The position numbers and the translations under genes are program-made. Of a DNA stretch of 64,000 nt, positions 36,717 through 46,010 are shown one piece after another (the stretch's first letter is position 1; every line of letters starts with the position of its first letter). The notes under the pieces are model-generated. The model saw nothing but the letters and a program-made list of their open reading frames with translations, was not told where the DNA came from and made no database searches. The stretch is from positions 6,960-70,959 of IMG/VR virus record IMGVR_UViG_3300042905_003454; one strand, given 5' to 3'. Source of the stretch: a virus (Duplodnaviria; Caudoviricetes).

Positions 36717-37351
36717 AATATATCTCCATGTGATGAGCAAAATTCAGTATCATCACCGTTAAATGCTTTTCCTACAAATTCTCTTTTATTTCTTTTTGAT
36801 GGAAATGGCTTATTTTCAAAAAATTCATCATGTACACATGAATTATTTTTTACTATTGGATAAATACATTCTCTTAAAAAATTTTGATCAACTTGCCAAA
36901 AATCACCTTTAACATAGTCATCAATCATTTTATTTATTCCTTTTAAAATACCATTTCTAGCGCCCCACATACCGCCTAATATTTCTGTTCTATGATATGG
37001 GTGATCTCTCATAATATGAAAATCAAAAGAAGAATTTAACCAATCATCTACAGCATCTTTTTCTCTTTGAGATAATCTAGAATCAGTATCTCTTGAAATA
37101 ACAATATCATCGCCATCTGCTGCTTTAAATCTCCAAAACATACCTGTCCAATTTCCTTCTTCTGGCATTTCTACAACTTCAGTATATTTTATTCTTTTTA
37201 ACGCATCAATATAACTTTGGGGAGTATTTTTTCCAATATAAAATCTAGAAATCCAGCCAGGATATATGTCTAAAGCCAGATGAGCATTTTTTATTGCTCC
37301 CAAACAATATTTTGAAGAAGACCCCCATAAACTGTACGATATTATTTTCAT
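36713..37351 (-). CDS. putative glycosyltransferase-like protein
   Basis: IISYSLWG, GMFWRF, SRDTDSR (DxD), MRDHPYH, GGMWG, DQ.FL. Confidence 0.55.
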   Translation of the reverse strand: MKIISYSLWGSSSKYCLGAIKNAHLALDIYPGWISRFYIGKNTPQSYIDALKRIKYTEVVEMPEEGNWTGMFWRFKAADGDDIVISRDTDSRLSQREKDAVDDWLNSSFDFHIMRDHPYHRTEILGGMWGARNGILKGINKMIDDYVKGDFWQVDQNFLRECIYPIVKNNSCVHDEFFENKPFPSKRNKREFVGKAFNGDDTEFCSSHGDIL

Positions 37352-37977
37352 GACAAATAAACTCCAAATGGTACAGATGTGACGGCATTATTATGCCCAT
37401 CGTCTTGATAAAATATTGGGTTATTTACACAATATACTTTATGATTGATCATATCCTCTGCGATACACTCATCACAATAACGATTTATTTCTATACAATT
37501 TTCAAGATTTTTTATAGTTGTGTTTACATAATTTTCAGTAATGTAAATTACTGAATGAATGCCCAACATACCCCATACTTTACTAAAATTATGATTTATT
37601 TTTTGACCTCTTGAACCCCCACCAACAGAATTGCCATTTAACATACCCCACACAGAAGTTCCCAAATAAAACGCATCAGCATCATCTGGAATATTGAATT
37701 CTTTTGTAAAGTTGTTTGTGATATTTACATCATCTTCTAAAATCAAAAATGGTGGTTTTGTTTTTTTAAGTGCTTCAATATGAGCTTTGGCAACCAACGA
37801 AGATTTTTGTGTTTGAATCTCCATAAAACTTAAATTGGTTTTATCTACAATTTCACCATAGATGTATTCAACATTTAAAAAATGTTTATCAAAAATACTT
37901 TGCAATTTTTTATGATTTTGCGTTGCAGTTTTGATTGTTATGAGATAGATTGGTATTGTTGAAATATTAATATTCAT
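37348..37977 (-). CDS. GT25-like glycosyltransferase
   Basis: IYLI, AHI.AL, LILEDD, FYLG, FYQ; likely start MNINI. Confidence 0.6.
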   Translation of the reverse strand: MNINISTIPIYLITIKTATQNHKKLQSIFDKHFLNVEYIYGEIVDKTNLSFMEIQTQKSSLVAKAHIEALKKTKPPFLILEDDVNITNNFTKEFNIPDDADAFYLGTSVWGMLNGNSVGGGSRGQKINHNFSKVWGMLGIHSVIYITENYVNTTIKNLENCIEINRYCDECIAEDMINHKVYCVNNPIFYQDDGHNNAVTSVPFGVYLS

Positions 37978-38581
37978 AACCTGAATTCGGGGTTGTTCCC
38001 CAGTATTGTTTTGCGTATATCTTGTCTGACCCAGCGTACTCAATACCACTATAATGTTTGGGTATGAAATACCAACTTGGATAAACTGTTATAGGATATG
38101 TGTTTAAGTATACTGTATTAGTCAAAAGAAGTGGTCCTGTGACTGTCCAAGTTTCTAAAGGATGATAACTCATATTTTCGTATGTTGATATTCGATCCAT
38201 TATGAGTTTCATCAATCGACAATCTTTTACAGATGCCAAATAGCCATTTGACATCAATCCTTTTCGACATTCTTCGTTTTCCCAGCAACAGAAAGAATCA
38301 TTATCAAGAAAAAAATCATCTAAAGGATTTACGCATTCTGCATCTGCATCAATAAAAAATCCACCATGGTCGTATAAAACTTGATACCTCAAAATATCAG
38401 CTTTTCCTGCCAATGATGGACATAGTTCAAATTGCTTCTTGCATCGCATCTCGGGTAAGTTATCATCAGTCCATAACTTGTGTTGCCAAGAAGGATTTTT
38501 GTCTATCCAAGTTTGTATGAATTTTGTTGGTTGTTTTGACTGGTCGCCTAACCAAATTTGATGAATAATTTTTGGGATCAT
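37967..38581 (-). CDS. GT32 (Och1-like DxD) glycosyltransferase
   Basis: MIPKIIHQIW, KADILRY..LY..GGFFIDAD, TGP.LLT. Confidence 0.88.
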   Translation of the reverse strand: MIPKIIHQIWLGDQSKQPTKFIQTWIDKNPSWQHKLWTDDNLPEMRCKKQFELCPSLAGKADILRYQVLYDHGGFFIDADAECVNPLDDFFLDNDSFCCWENEECRKGLMSNGYLASVKDCRLMKLIMDRISTYENMSYHPLETWTVTGPLLLTNTVYLNTYPITVYPSWYFIPKHYSGIEYAGSDKIYAKQYWGTTPNSGYEY

Positions 38582-38594
38582 AAGTACTCACAAT

Positions 38595-38660
38595 AATATA
38601 AGACATATTAAAGAAATGTCAAATATATTTATTTGACTTTATCTAAAGATACTCTATAGT
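38595..38660. promoter_or_regulatory. divergent promoter pair: TTGACA-N16-TATATT (-, glycan island) and TTGACT-N16-TATAGT (+, uvsY), with late-type ATAAATA (-) at 38626-38632
   Basis: Read directly: 38617-38622 with 38595-38600, and 38633-38638 with 38655-38660. Confidence 0.7.
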
Positions 38661-38746
38661 TCTCTTAAAAAGAACTTTAAAGAAGAATACTAAAGAAGAA
38701 TACTAAAGATGAATCTAGAAGAACTAAAGAACTCTATAACTAAAGA
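38643..38746 (+). repeat. cluster of five CTAAAGA heptamers including a 13-bp tandem taaagaagaatac
   Basis: Copies at 38643, 38690, 38703, 38724 and 38740. Confidence 0.7.
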
Positions 38747-39146
38747 CTCTCAAATAGACTCTACAGAACTAGGTATAGAGTCTCTTAAGATACCTCAAAT
38801 ACACTCCAAGTATCTTAATCAACTTACGGATCTTAAATTACTTTTGACGAAGTACCAACATGACTTTGCCATTTTGCGTTTGCGTAAATGGAAAATTTAT
38901 ACTGGTAAGGCTTCCGAAGAAGAACTTACAGATTGGAAAGAAGAACCATTTGAACTGGATATTCTGAAGACAGATGTTGATAAGTTTATGGATGCAGACC
39001 CAAAACTTATAGAGCTCAAGTCTAAAATTTCTGTTACGGAGATCAAAATTAAGATGGTTGAAGAATTTTTGAAAGCACTCAATAATAGAAACTTTGCCAT
39101 CAAGTCTGCAATTGAGTGGAACAAAATGATGAATGGCATAGTCTAA
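38709..39146 (+). CDS. uvsY: recombination mediator UvsY
   Basis: D..ID..EL..ESLKIP.IHSKY, YTGKA, R.F.IK.AIEW. Confidence 0.92.
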   Translation: MNLEELKNSITKDSQIDSTELGIESLKIPQIHSKYLNQLTDLKLLLTKYQHDFAILRLRKWKIYTGKASEEELTDWKEEPFELDILKTDVDKFMDADPKLIELKSKISVTEIKIKMVEEFLKALNNRNFAIKSAIEWNKMMNGIV

Positions 39147-39153
39147 ATATTAT

Positions 39154-40662
39154 GTGGATATTGAAGTTGATTCTATTGATGAAGTTCGGTATTATGTGAA
39201 AACCGACAAAGGCATAAAACAAGAGTTGCGGGATTATTTTTCATTCATGGTCCCTGGTGCTCAATATATGCCTTTATACAAAAAAAGAATCTGGGATGGT
39301 AAAATAAGATTGTTCGACATTCTTTCTTCCACTCTTCCCCGTGGATTGAAAACTTATCTACATAAGTTTTGTCAAGAACGGCAATACCAACTAAATATTA
39401 AAGAGACAAAGAATCCTCTATGCATCACGGAGGACAAACTTTTACAGTTCTACGATTCATTGCAGGTTTCAGTAAAGAAGCAGGCAGTGAAAATGCATTC
39501 TCATCAACAGCAGGCCATACTGCATGCTTTGAATCAACACAGATGCGTGCTGATTTCGCCTACTGGTTCGGGCAAAAGTTTGATCATATACGTCTTGGTC
39601 CGGTTTCTTCAATCCGTATTAAAATCAGATCGGAAAATACTCATATTGGTTCCTACGGTTGGTCTGGTGAATCAGATGGAATCAGACTTCTTTGATTATT
39701 CAAAGAATGACAAGTCTTGGTCTTGCAAAAAATACATTCAAAAAATCATGGCTGGGGCAGAAAAGGAACTCAATAAACAGATTGTAGTTTCTACTTGGCA
39801 ATCTATCTACAAACTTCCCAAGACTTGGTTTGACCAATTTGATGCAGTCTTCTTTGATGAGTGCCATCAAGCCAAAGCAGAATCCATCAACTTCATTGGT
39901 CAAAAACTTTCGAAGGCTTGGTTTCGAATTGGAACCACGGGTACGCTAGATCAAGCACAGGCACATCGACTTAGCATCGAAGGTATTCTTGGTCCCGCGA
40001 TTCAATTCATTCAAACCAAGGGATTGATGAATAAGGGTTTGCTTGCAAAACTCGGCATAGATTGCATAATTCTTAAATATACTGATGAGGAGAAACAATT
40101 CATCAAAAAACAAAAGTACATTGATGAATTGAAATGGATCGTAACGAATGAAAAGCGAAACGAATTCATCAAAGAACTCGCCCTCCGCACCAAGGGGAAT
40201 ACCCTTGTCCTCTTTAATTACGTCGAAGACCACGGTAAACCCCTCGCAGCTCTCTTGGAAGCAGCGGGAACGGATCGCAAAATATATCTCATACACGGAA
40301 AAACAGAAGCAGAATCAAGAGAATACATCCGTAAAGTCATCGACAGAGAATCAAACGCCATTTTGGTGGCCAGTTTCGGTACGACTAGCACTGGCATCAA
40401 TATTGTCAATCTTGACAATATTATTTTTGCTTCACCTACTAAATCGATTATAAGATTGCTTCAAAGCATTGGTCGTGGTCTTAGAGTGTCAGAGAAAAAG
40501 AAAACACTCAAAGTATATGACATCGTTGACGATCTTTGCTGGAAGTCACACAAGAATCACATCTATAGACATTTTGAAGAGCGTGTGAAGATTTACAAAA
40601 AAGAAAAGTTCGATTACACCGTTCATTCGATGTCTTTTACAGACCTTGGAAAAAATAAATAG
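39154..40662 (+). CDS. uvsW: SF2 helicase UvsW
   Basis: WDGKIRLF, SPTGSGKS, DECH, QSIGRGLR; CTAAATA 4 nt upstream of the GTG. Confidence 0.95.
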   Translation: MDIEVDSIDEVRYYVKTDKGIKQELRDYFSFMVPGAQYMPLYKKRIWDGKIRLFDILSSTLPRGLKTYLHKFCQERQYQLNIKETKNPLCITEDKLLQFYDSLQVSVKKQAVKMHSHQQQAILHALNQHRCVLISPTGSGKSLIIYVLVRFLQSVLKSDRKILILVPTVGLVNQMESDFFDYSKNDKSWSCKKYIQKIMAGAEKELNKQIVVSTWQSIYKLPKTWFDQFDAVFFDECHQAKAESINFIGQKLSKAWFRIGTTGTLDQAQAHRLSIEGILGPAIQFIQTKGLMNKGLLAKLGIDCIILKYTDEEKQFIKKQKYIDELKWIVTNEKRNEFIKELALRTKGNTLVLFNYVEDHGKPLAALLEAAGTDRKIYLIHGKTEAESREYIRKVIDRESNAILVASFGTTSTGINIVNLDNIIFASPTKSIIRLLQSIGRGLRVSEKKKTLKVYDIVDDLCWKSHKNHIYRHFEERVKIYKKEKFDYTVHSMSFTDLGKNK

Positions 40663-40678
40663 AGTAGGAGGACATCCT

Positions 40679-41332
40679 ATGTCCGATTCGCTTCCTGAAA
40701 ATCCTCTTTCAGGCACACTTAGAGTTGTTAGGTTGCTTACGGGAGAGGAATTAATTGGTCTGGTCAAGGATGTGTCCCAACACGAAATTAGTTTGAGAAT
40801 GCCTGCCTTGATGGAGAACTATGCAACAAAGACTCCTGAAGGCGATATTATGGAATTCGTCAAACTTGTAAATTATCTTTACAACATCAAGGGGTTTGAA
40901 ATTTTGGTTCCTCGTAACTCAATTGTTTACATGGGAACACCCACAGATGAACTGACAGCAATGTATGAGGCATACTTGATTCTGATTCAAGACAATCCAA
41001 AGTCAGCTATTGCACCAAACAATGTCTACGGAACAGGAAATCAACAAGGTTTGGAACTTTTAAACGATCTTTTCAATAATGATGATTTTGTTGGTTTCAT
41101 CAATGATTTAATGGAAAATTTTGAGGCTGCTGGAGTTGATTTGGGGGATGATGAAGAGGAAACCGACGTAGAATCGTTTATAAGCCCCGAGGAGGAGGAA
41201 ACGCCTCCGAAGCCACCCAAGCGAAAGAAACGCCGTAAAACGAAACCAGAGACTAATAAGATGCCTTATAAACCGGAAAGCCCGCCGGAGGATCCGGAAA
41301 GTTGGTCAGACAACCCCAACGACTATCTTTAA
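40679..41332 (+). CDS. conserved hypothetical protein downstream of uvsW (Sm-like N-terminus, acidic tail)
   Basis: VVRLLTGEELIG motif; SD aggagg and ATAAATA support the start at 40679. Confidence 0.6.
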   Translation: MSDSLPENPLSGTLRVVRLLTGEELIGLVKDVSQHEISLRMPALMENYATKTPEGDIMEFVKLVNYLYNIKGFEILVPRNSIVYMGTPTDELTAMYEAYLILIQDNPKSAIAPNNVYGTGNQQGLELLNDLFNNDDFVGFINDLMENFEAAGVDLGDDEEETDVESFISPEEEETPPKPPKRKKRRKTKPETNKMPYKPESPPEDPESWSDNPNDYL

Positions 41333-41868
41333 CGGTCTTCTTTCAAATTTGATGGGATAGCATCTTCACCGTCAACCCACATGTCATAGTATGAATATTT
41401 AAAACTGCATGTGGTTTTTTGAATCATCGCATCACTACTATCCGCCTGAAACACCAATCCATTCAATTTTACTGGTATGATGTAGTGAAAGGTCGTTTGT
41501 AAAATTGAGCAATTGTTTGAAGGATCAAACAGATATAAATTTGCTGAGTGATGCCAATCTTGATACATCAAATTATGATCTGCGTCGTTTTGAATATTTG
41601 TAATATTTCGAATCCAAGAATACAAATTTTTCCAGTTTGTCAGATCAGAATCTACGATGAATTCAACATTTAATAATTCAAAGTTTGCACTCATGGTGGG
41701 AACAGGGATGGTCACACCAAGAACTGTTGGCTGATTTTGATCGGGGACTGCAATACCTGGCAAATTTGCACGCTGACACATGAGTTCCATTTGCTTGGTT
41801 CCACGACCAAAGATAAGACGAAAATAACTGTTGTAGAGTGGATTAATGTTTGATGAACAGAGACTCAT
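41329..41868 (-). CDS. gp3: tail tube terminator/completion protein
   Basis: CQRANLPGI, L.V.FIVD.DL.NW...Y.W, FKYSYY; position after gp23. Confidence 0.8.
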   Translation of the reverse strand: MSLCSSNINPLYNSYFRLIFGRGTKQMELMCQRANLPGIAVPDQNQPTVLGVTIPVPTMSANFELLNVEFIVDSDLTNWKNLYSWIRNITNIQNDADHNLMYQDWHHSANLYLFDPSNNCSILQTTFHYIIPVKLNGLVFQADSSDAMIQKTTCSFKYSYYDMWVDGEDAIPSNLKEDR

Positions 41869-41889
41869 AGAAATATTTATGGTAAAACA

Positions 41890-41917
41890 AAAACCTCCCG
41901 ATTTCTCGGGAGGTTTT
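41890..41917 (-). terminator. rho-independent terminator after the major capsid gene
   Basis: 12-bp perfect stem aaaacctcccga/tcgggaggtttt, GAAA loop on the - strand, U-tract. Confidence 0.9.
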
Positions 41918-41940
41918 CGAAGGTTAGGTTAACTTACCAA

Positions 41941-43350
41941 TCAGATGGTGTTGCCGTGGAGATTTCTGATTTGAGTAATACGGTAGTATTGGTTCAAACC
42001 GAGAGTCAACTTCTCTCCATCGGGAACATTGCTGCTGTCAAGAACGTATGGGTTGGCTACAACACCATAACGGGTCTTGAATGCAATGCGTGGTTGGAAA
42101 GTGTTGGGATCTACTGCACGGACCATTTGTAGCGGTACGTAGGGGCAGTAGAAGAGACCAGCATCATAGGGAGACTCACCCTTATAACCAGCGACGAAGA
42201 AGTTCAATCCGACTGGGCTATAGGGGTCAATGTATACACGGATCTTTCCAGAGAGGATACCAGCAAAGGTGTTTTGGGTATCATCAGCATTGATCTGAGG
42301 AGCGATTGCGGGGCTGAGGCTCATGAAGCCAGACATGGCTAGAGCAGCAGCGGTATCGCTGTCACAGATGATGAAGTTACCCTTACCACGGCGGGTTTCC
42401 TTGGCGATGGTGTTGCACTCACGTTCGATTTGGAAGCTGAGGCCACGGAAGCGTTCAGCAGACCAACGACCGTCTGAGTCAACATCAAGGTTATAGGTGC
42501 CGGGAGCTGATAGATCCTGTTGTTGTGAACCAGTCTTGGCAACGTAGTAGATGCTGCGAACGACTTCGCGGTTGATCTCAGCGAGAATTTCGGTGCTGAG
42601 AAGATTAGCGAGTTCGGCTTCAGCGTCAAGACCGTGAACAGCCTTGAGGTCTTGTGCCAATTCGACTGTGTAGTTGCTTGCAAGAGCGCGGGTCTTGGCT
42701 TGTACGGCAACACGGTCGATTGAGAAGGCCATTTGATTCCAAACACCGTATGAAGCACCACCGTATGGTGAACCTGAGTCACCAATTCTTTCGCCTTGGT
42801 TTGTCAAAATTCCACGAAGAGCATTCAAGGTATTGGTTTGACGATAAACATCGGCAAAAGTGGTTCCACCAAAACCAGCGCAAAGACCATTATAGCCAGC
42901 AGGCAAGGTCCAACCAGAGCCACCGAATTGAGCAGCGGGTTCTTGGAACATAGCTTCGATTGCTGAAGAGTAGTTAGCGGCCTTGGTGCCTTGATATTGA
43001 TATTGAGCGCGCATGGCAAAGATGAGGCCAGTTGGGGCGGTCATTGGTTGAACGCCGCAGATGTCATAAGCCATCAAGTTTGGCATAGCACGACGAACCA
43101 AGGAGATGAGCACGGGATCATAACCAGCAACGCTTGGGTTGTTGGTGTAATCCGAAGGCATTCCGAGGTTGTTGGAGCTCATGGTCTCAGTGAGGTGCTG
43201 AGAACGAAGAGCTTGCTCTTGGTTTTCTAGAAGGACGGCAGTGACTTTCTTGCGATAGTCATCTTGAATCTTGGGGAGTGCATCGTGGCCGAGCACTGGT
43301 TCCCATTTTTCTGTTAAAACGTCATATGGTGTGTTTTCTGCGAATTGCAT
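41941..43350 (-). CDS. gp23: major capsid protein
   Basis: DPVLISLVRR, GVQPMT.PTGLIFAMR, ELAQDLKAVHGLDAE.EL, YCPYVPLQM, FKTRYG. Confidence 0.98.
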   Translation of the reverse strand: MQFAENTPYDVLTEKWEPVLGHDALPKIQDDYRKKVTAVLLENQEQALRSQHLTETMSSNNLGMPSDYTNNPSVAGYDPVLISLVRRAMPNLMAYDICGVQPMTAPTGLIFAMRAQYQYQGTKAANYSSAIEAMFQEPAAQFGGSGWTLPAGYNGLCAGFGGTTFADVYRQTNTLNALRGILTNQGERIGDSGSPYGGASYGVWNQMAFSIDRVAVQAKTRALASNYTVELAQDLKAVHGLDAEAELANLLSTEILAEINREVVRSIYYVAKTGSQQQDLSAPGTYNLDVDSDGRWSAERFRGLSFQIERECNTIAKETRRGKGNFIICDSDTAAALAMSGFMSLSPAIAPQINADDTQNTFAGILSGKIRVYIDPYSPVGLNFFVAGYKGESPYDAGLFYCPYVPLQMVRAVDPNTFQPRIAFKTRYGVVANPYVLDSSNVPDGEKLTLGLNQYYRITQIRNLHGNTI

Positions 43351-43396
43351 TTTTAAGTGTTCTCCTGTGAGTGTAAATATTTAGTAATAGTGAAAT

Positions 43397-44452
43397 TTAG
43401 ACCTTTTTATTAAGTCTACCCAATGCACCGACATAACCTTCTACGAGGGTAGTCGGGGCATTTTTGACTGGTGCAAATGTTTGCTCGGGTTCAACGGGTT
43501 GAACTGGAGCGCGACTTGCTGTGTTTAGATAATTTTCCTTGATGGCTGTGAGTTTGTCGCGGTATTCATCAACTGAACCGAAAGAAACATTTTCCATTAG
43601 GTTTTGAAGTTTGGCGATTTGAGTGTCTGCAAGGTCTCTTGTCTCAGCGACAAAGATTCCAGCACATTCAGTCAATTCGACTTGCTTCTTTAGTTCGATG
43701 CTGATATTTACGGCCTCGTTGAGTTTTTCTTCCAACTCACGGTTTTGTCCGTAAAGTTCATCAAGAACATTGTACTTCTCATTGGGAACGTCGATGTAGT
43801 GGTTCTCAAAGAGATTCTTTAGACCACTGATGAAGTTCTCGGCAATTTGAGTCTTGATGCCTTGCTCAACGGCGACAGCGTTCTCTGTCATCCATTCTTC
43901 GACTACGTAGTCAAGATAGTCATCTACCTTCTCTACGAGTGATTCGGTGACGTTTTCAAGGTACTCCTTGACATTGCCATCGACACCTTGAACGATGTGG
44001 GCAACGGACTTCTCAACGCGGTCATTGACTGCGGCTTCAAAGATTGCCTCTAGTTTGCTGACGAGTTCTTCTGAAGCGACTTCTTCACCAAGCAATGAAG
44101 AAAGAGCAGCGCGGAATTGTGCGCGGGCTTCTGCGATCATTTCTTGATCTTCGACACTCTCTTCGACTTCGGTGGCTTCTTCTTCTTCTTCTGTTTCCTC
44201 TGTCTCCTCTTCCTCTCCGGAAGATTGAGCAGGAGCAGACATTGCTGGCGCGGCCTTACCCATCATGCCCATTGAGTTGGGAACGATTGGAGCAGGAACG
44301 CCGGGAACGGCAACAGCGCCCGTGGCAACGGGAGGAGCAGTCATTGAGCCCCTTCCTGTTCCATCGACGGAACCTCTGCCGGTTGCATCGTAATCGCCTA
44401 GACCCATGGCTTGCATGGCGGCTTCTGAGATAGTTTGTTTCTTATTTGTCAT
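43397..44452 (-). CDS. gp22: prohead core scaffolding protein
   Basis: IFEAAV, VDDYLDYVVEEWM.EN, F..GLK.LF.E.YIDVP; TATAAATA at 44479-44486. Confidence 0.92.
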   Translation of the reverse strand: MTNKKQTISEAAMQAMGLGDYDATGRGSVDGTGRGSMTAPPVATGAVAVPGVPAPIVPNSMGMMGKAAPAMSAPAQSSGEEEETEETEEEEEATEVEESVEDQEMIAEARAQFRAALSSLLGEEVASEELVSKLEAIFEAAVNDRVEKSVAHIVQGVDGNVKEYLENVTESLVEKVDDYLDYVVEEWMTENAVAVEQGIKTQIAENFISGLKNLFENHYIDVPNEKYNVLDELYGQNRELEEKLNEAVNISIELKKQVELTECAGIFVAETRDLADTQIAKLQNLMENVSFGSVDEYRDKLTAIKENYLNTASRAPVQPVEPEQTFAPVKNAPTTLVEGYVGALGRLNKKV

Positions 44453-44504
44453 ATTAAAAGGATCCTTAAGTGTAAAATTATTTATACTCTAAAAATATTC
44501 AATG

Positions 44505-45212
44505 TTATGTAATATTTAATTTTTTTGCTCTTTGTTGAAGTTCGGTAGTTCTAATTTTTTTACCGAGTTCTTCATTTTCAATTTCTTCTTTACTTCTTCT
44601 GTCGATTTTTTTCTTTCCGGGTATTACAAATGGAGTCCAAGGAGATCCTGCTCCCTGTGCAGCCAATTTCATTTGACTGTGACCAATATTTGCAACTTGT
44701 GCATCAAACCAAGATTTTCCTGTAATATCCTCAATTTGTCCACCCAATTGTTGAGCCATTGCCCCCAATTGCCCACCCATTTTTCCACCAGCCATTTTTC
44801 CAAGCCAACTTGCCAACACACCACCACCATATGCCAAAGGACCATAAATAAGCGCGTCTTCACTATCACCAAATAGTATTTTAGACATATTTTTTGGTGA
44901 CAATCCTTTTTCTTGATTATATTGATTTTGTTTAACTTTTGTATATCTGGTTCCACCACCAATTCCAAAATTAGAAGTTGGGTTTTTAGAACTGATTCCA
45001 TCAGTTTTTAAATTTCCAAAACTAGTCATTTGATCAACATATTCATCATCTTCCTTAAATTTTTCTGGATAAGAAATAGTTTTTTCATGAATATACTTTT
45101 GGCGATATTCCCGAATGTTCTCAAAAAGACACTCATCTTTGTTGCTTTGAATTTTTGATTCAAGCAACTCGGTCATGTAATTTTTGGTATCGTCGGGAAC
45201 TCGGATGATCAT
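44505..45212 (-). CDS. hypothetical protein between gp21 and gp22 (possible internal head protein)
   Basis: 235-aa AT-rich ORF with several xxE sites and a Gly-rich hydrophobic segment. Confidence 0.55.
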   Translation of the reverse strand: MIIRVPDDTKNYMTELLESKIQSNKDECLFENIREYRQKYIHEKTISYPEKFKEDDEYVDQMTSFGNLKTDGISSKNPTSNFGIGGGTRYTKVKQNQYNQEKGLSPKNMSKILFGDSEDALIYGPLAYGGGVLASWLGKMAGGKMGGQLGAMAQQLGGQIEDITGKSWFDAQVANIGHSQMKLAAQGAGSPWTPFVIPGKKKIDRRSKEEIENEELGKKIRTTELQQRAKKLNIT

Positions 45213-45856
45213 GATAATTTCTTGAAATAGTTGTTGAAAACCTTTACAATGTTTTCTTGTAGATCTCTTTTGGAGGAATTTTTGATGAGTTTAACGGATT
45301 GTTCACGATCTCTTTCGGTCCACATTCCGTTTTCAAATACCCATTCTTTACCTTCCATGATTCCATTGACGAAAGCATTTGGAGCTGAAGGATCTGCTAC
45401 AATATCAATAGCGGCTAACATGAAGTCTTCTTGGACTTCTTGATATCCATTCTTGGGACGAAGAGAGCCCATTCCACGGGTGGATACACCGAGTTGAGCA
45501 CCCTCATCAATTAGGTTCTTTACAATTCTTCCCATTGGAGTGTCAAGAACCTTTGCCTTTCCGTAGACATTTTTGCCGTCTTCGTGAAGGGTTTTGATCA
45601 TGTGAGAAACACGGTCAAGGTTGACTGTTGGGCCTGTGGGGTGATTCAATTCTCCCATTGCACGGCCCTTTTCAACATACTCTGTAATATAACGACCACA
45701 TTCCTTCTTGAGTATGCCGCTTGGATAGACTCTGCCGTTGCGGTTCTTTACATCAGATTGCATGAAAACACCTTCGATGAAATATGTCTTTTCACCGTTG
45801 CCGATGTTTTCCTTGATGTACTTGATGTCTTCAGTTAGTTCCGTTATCAGTTTCAT
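45209..45856 (-). CDS. gp21: prohead protease
   Basis: MKLITE, NRNGRVY, GELNHP, GVSTRGMGS, DIVADPSAP.AFV. Confidence 0.96.
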   Translation of the reverse strand: MKLITELTEDIKYIKENIGNGEKTYFIEGVFMQSDVKNRNGRVYPSGILKKECGRYITEYVEKGRAMGELNHPTGPTVNLDRVSHMIKTLHEDGKNVYGKAKVLDTPMGRIVKNLIDEGAQLGVSTRGMGSLRPKNGYQEVQEDFMLAAIDIVADPSAPNAFVNGIMEGKEWVFENGMWTERDREQSVKLIKNSSKRDLQENIVKVFNNYFKKLS

Positions 45857-46010
45857 TGTTTGTTCCTAGGATGTTTTTGGCAACGGTCTTGTATTGCTCT
45901 TCAAGTTTGCTTCCGATCTTTGCATAGAGAACCTTTGATGTGTTCTCCTTGAAAGATACAGCATTTTCTTGAATGGCGTTTTTTACTAACTCTCTGATTT
46001 CATTTTTCAT
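45831..46010 (-). CDS. 59-aa prohead core-like protein (gp67/68 position), not in the ORF track
   Basis: MKNEIRELVKNAIQENAVSFKENTSKVLYAKIGSKLEEQYKTVAKNIL...; ATGA-coupled to the upstream gene. Confidence 0.6.
   Translation of the reverse strand: MKNEIRELVKNAIQENAVSFKENTSKVLYAKIGSKLEEQYKTVAKNILGTNNETDNGTN

Noticed and set aside
27155-38581. Host chromosomal contamination or chimeric assembly of an LPS locus
   Set aside because: Both boundaries are integrated with phage signals: the gp55 promoter lies inside the last island gene, and the promoters share the 16-bp architecture. No wzx, wzy or initiating transferase is present. Read-level confirmation was not possible.
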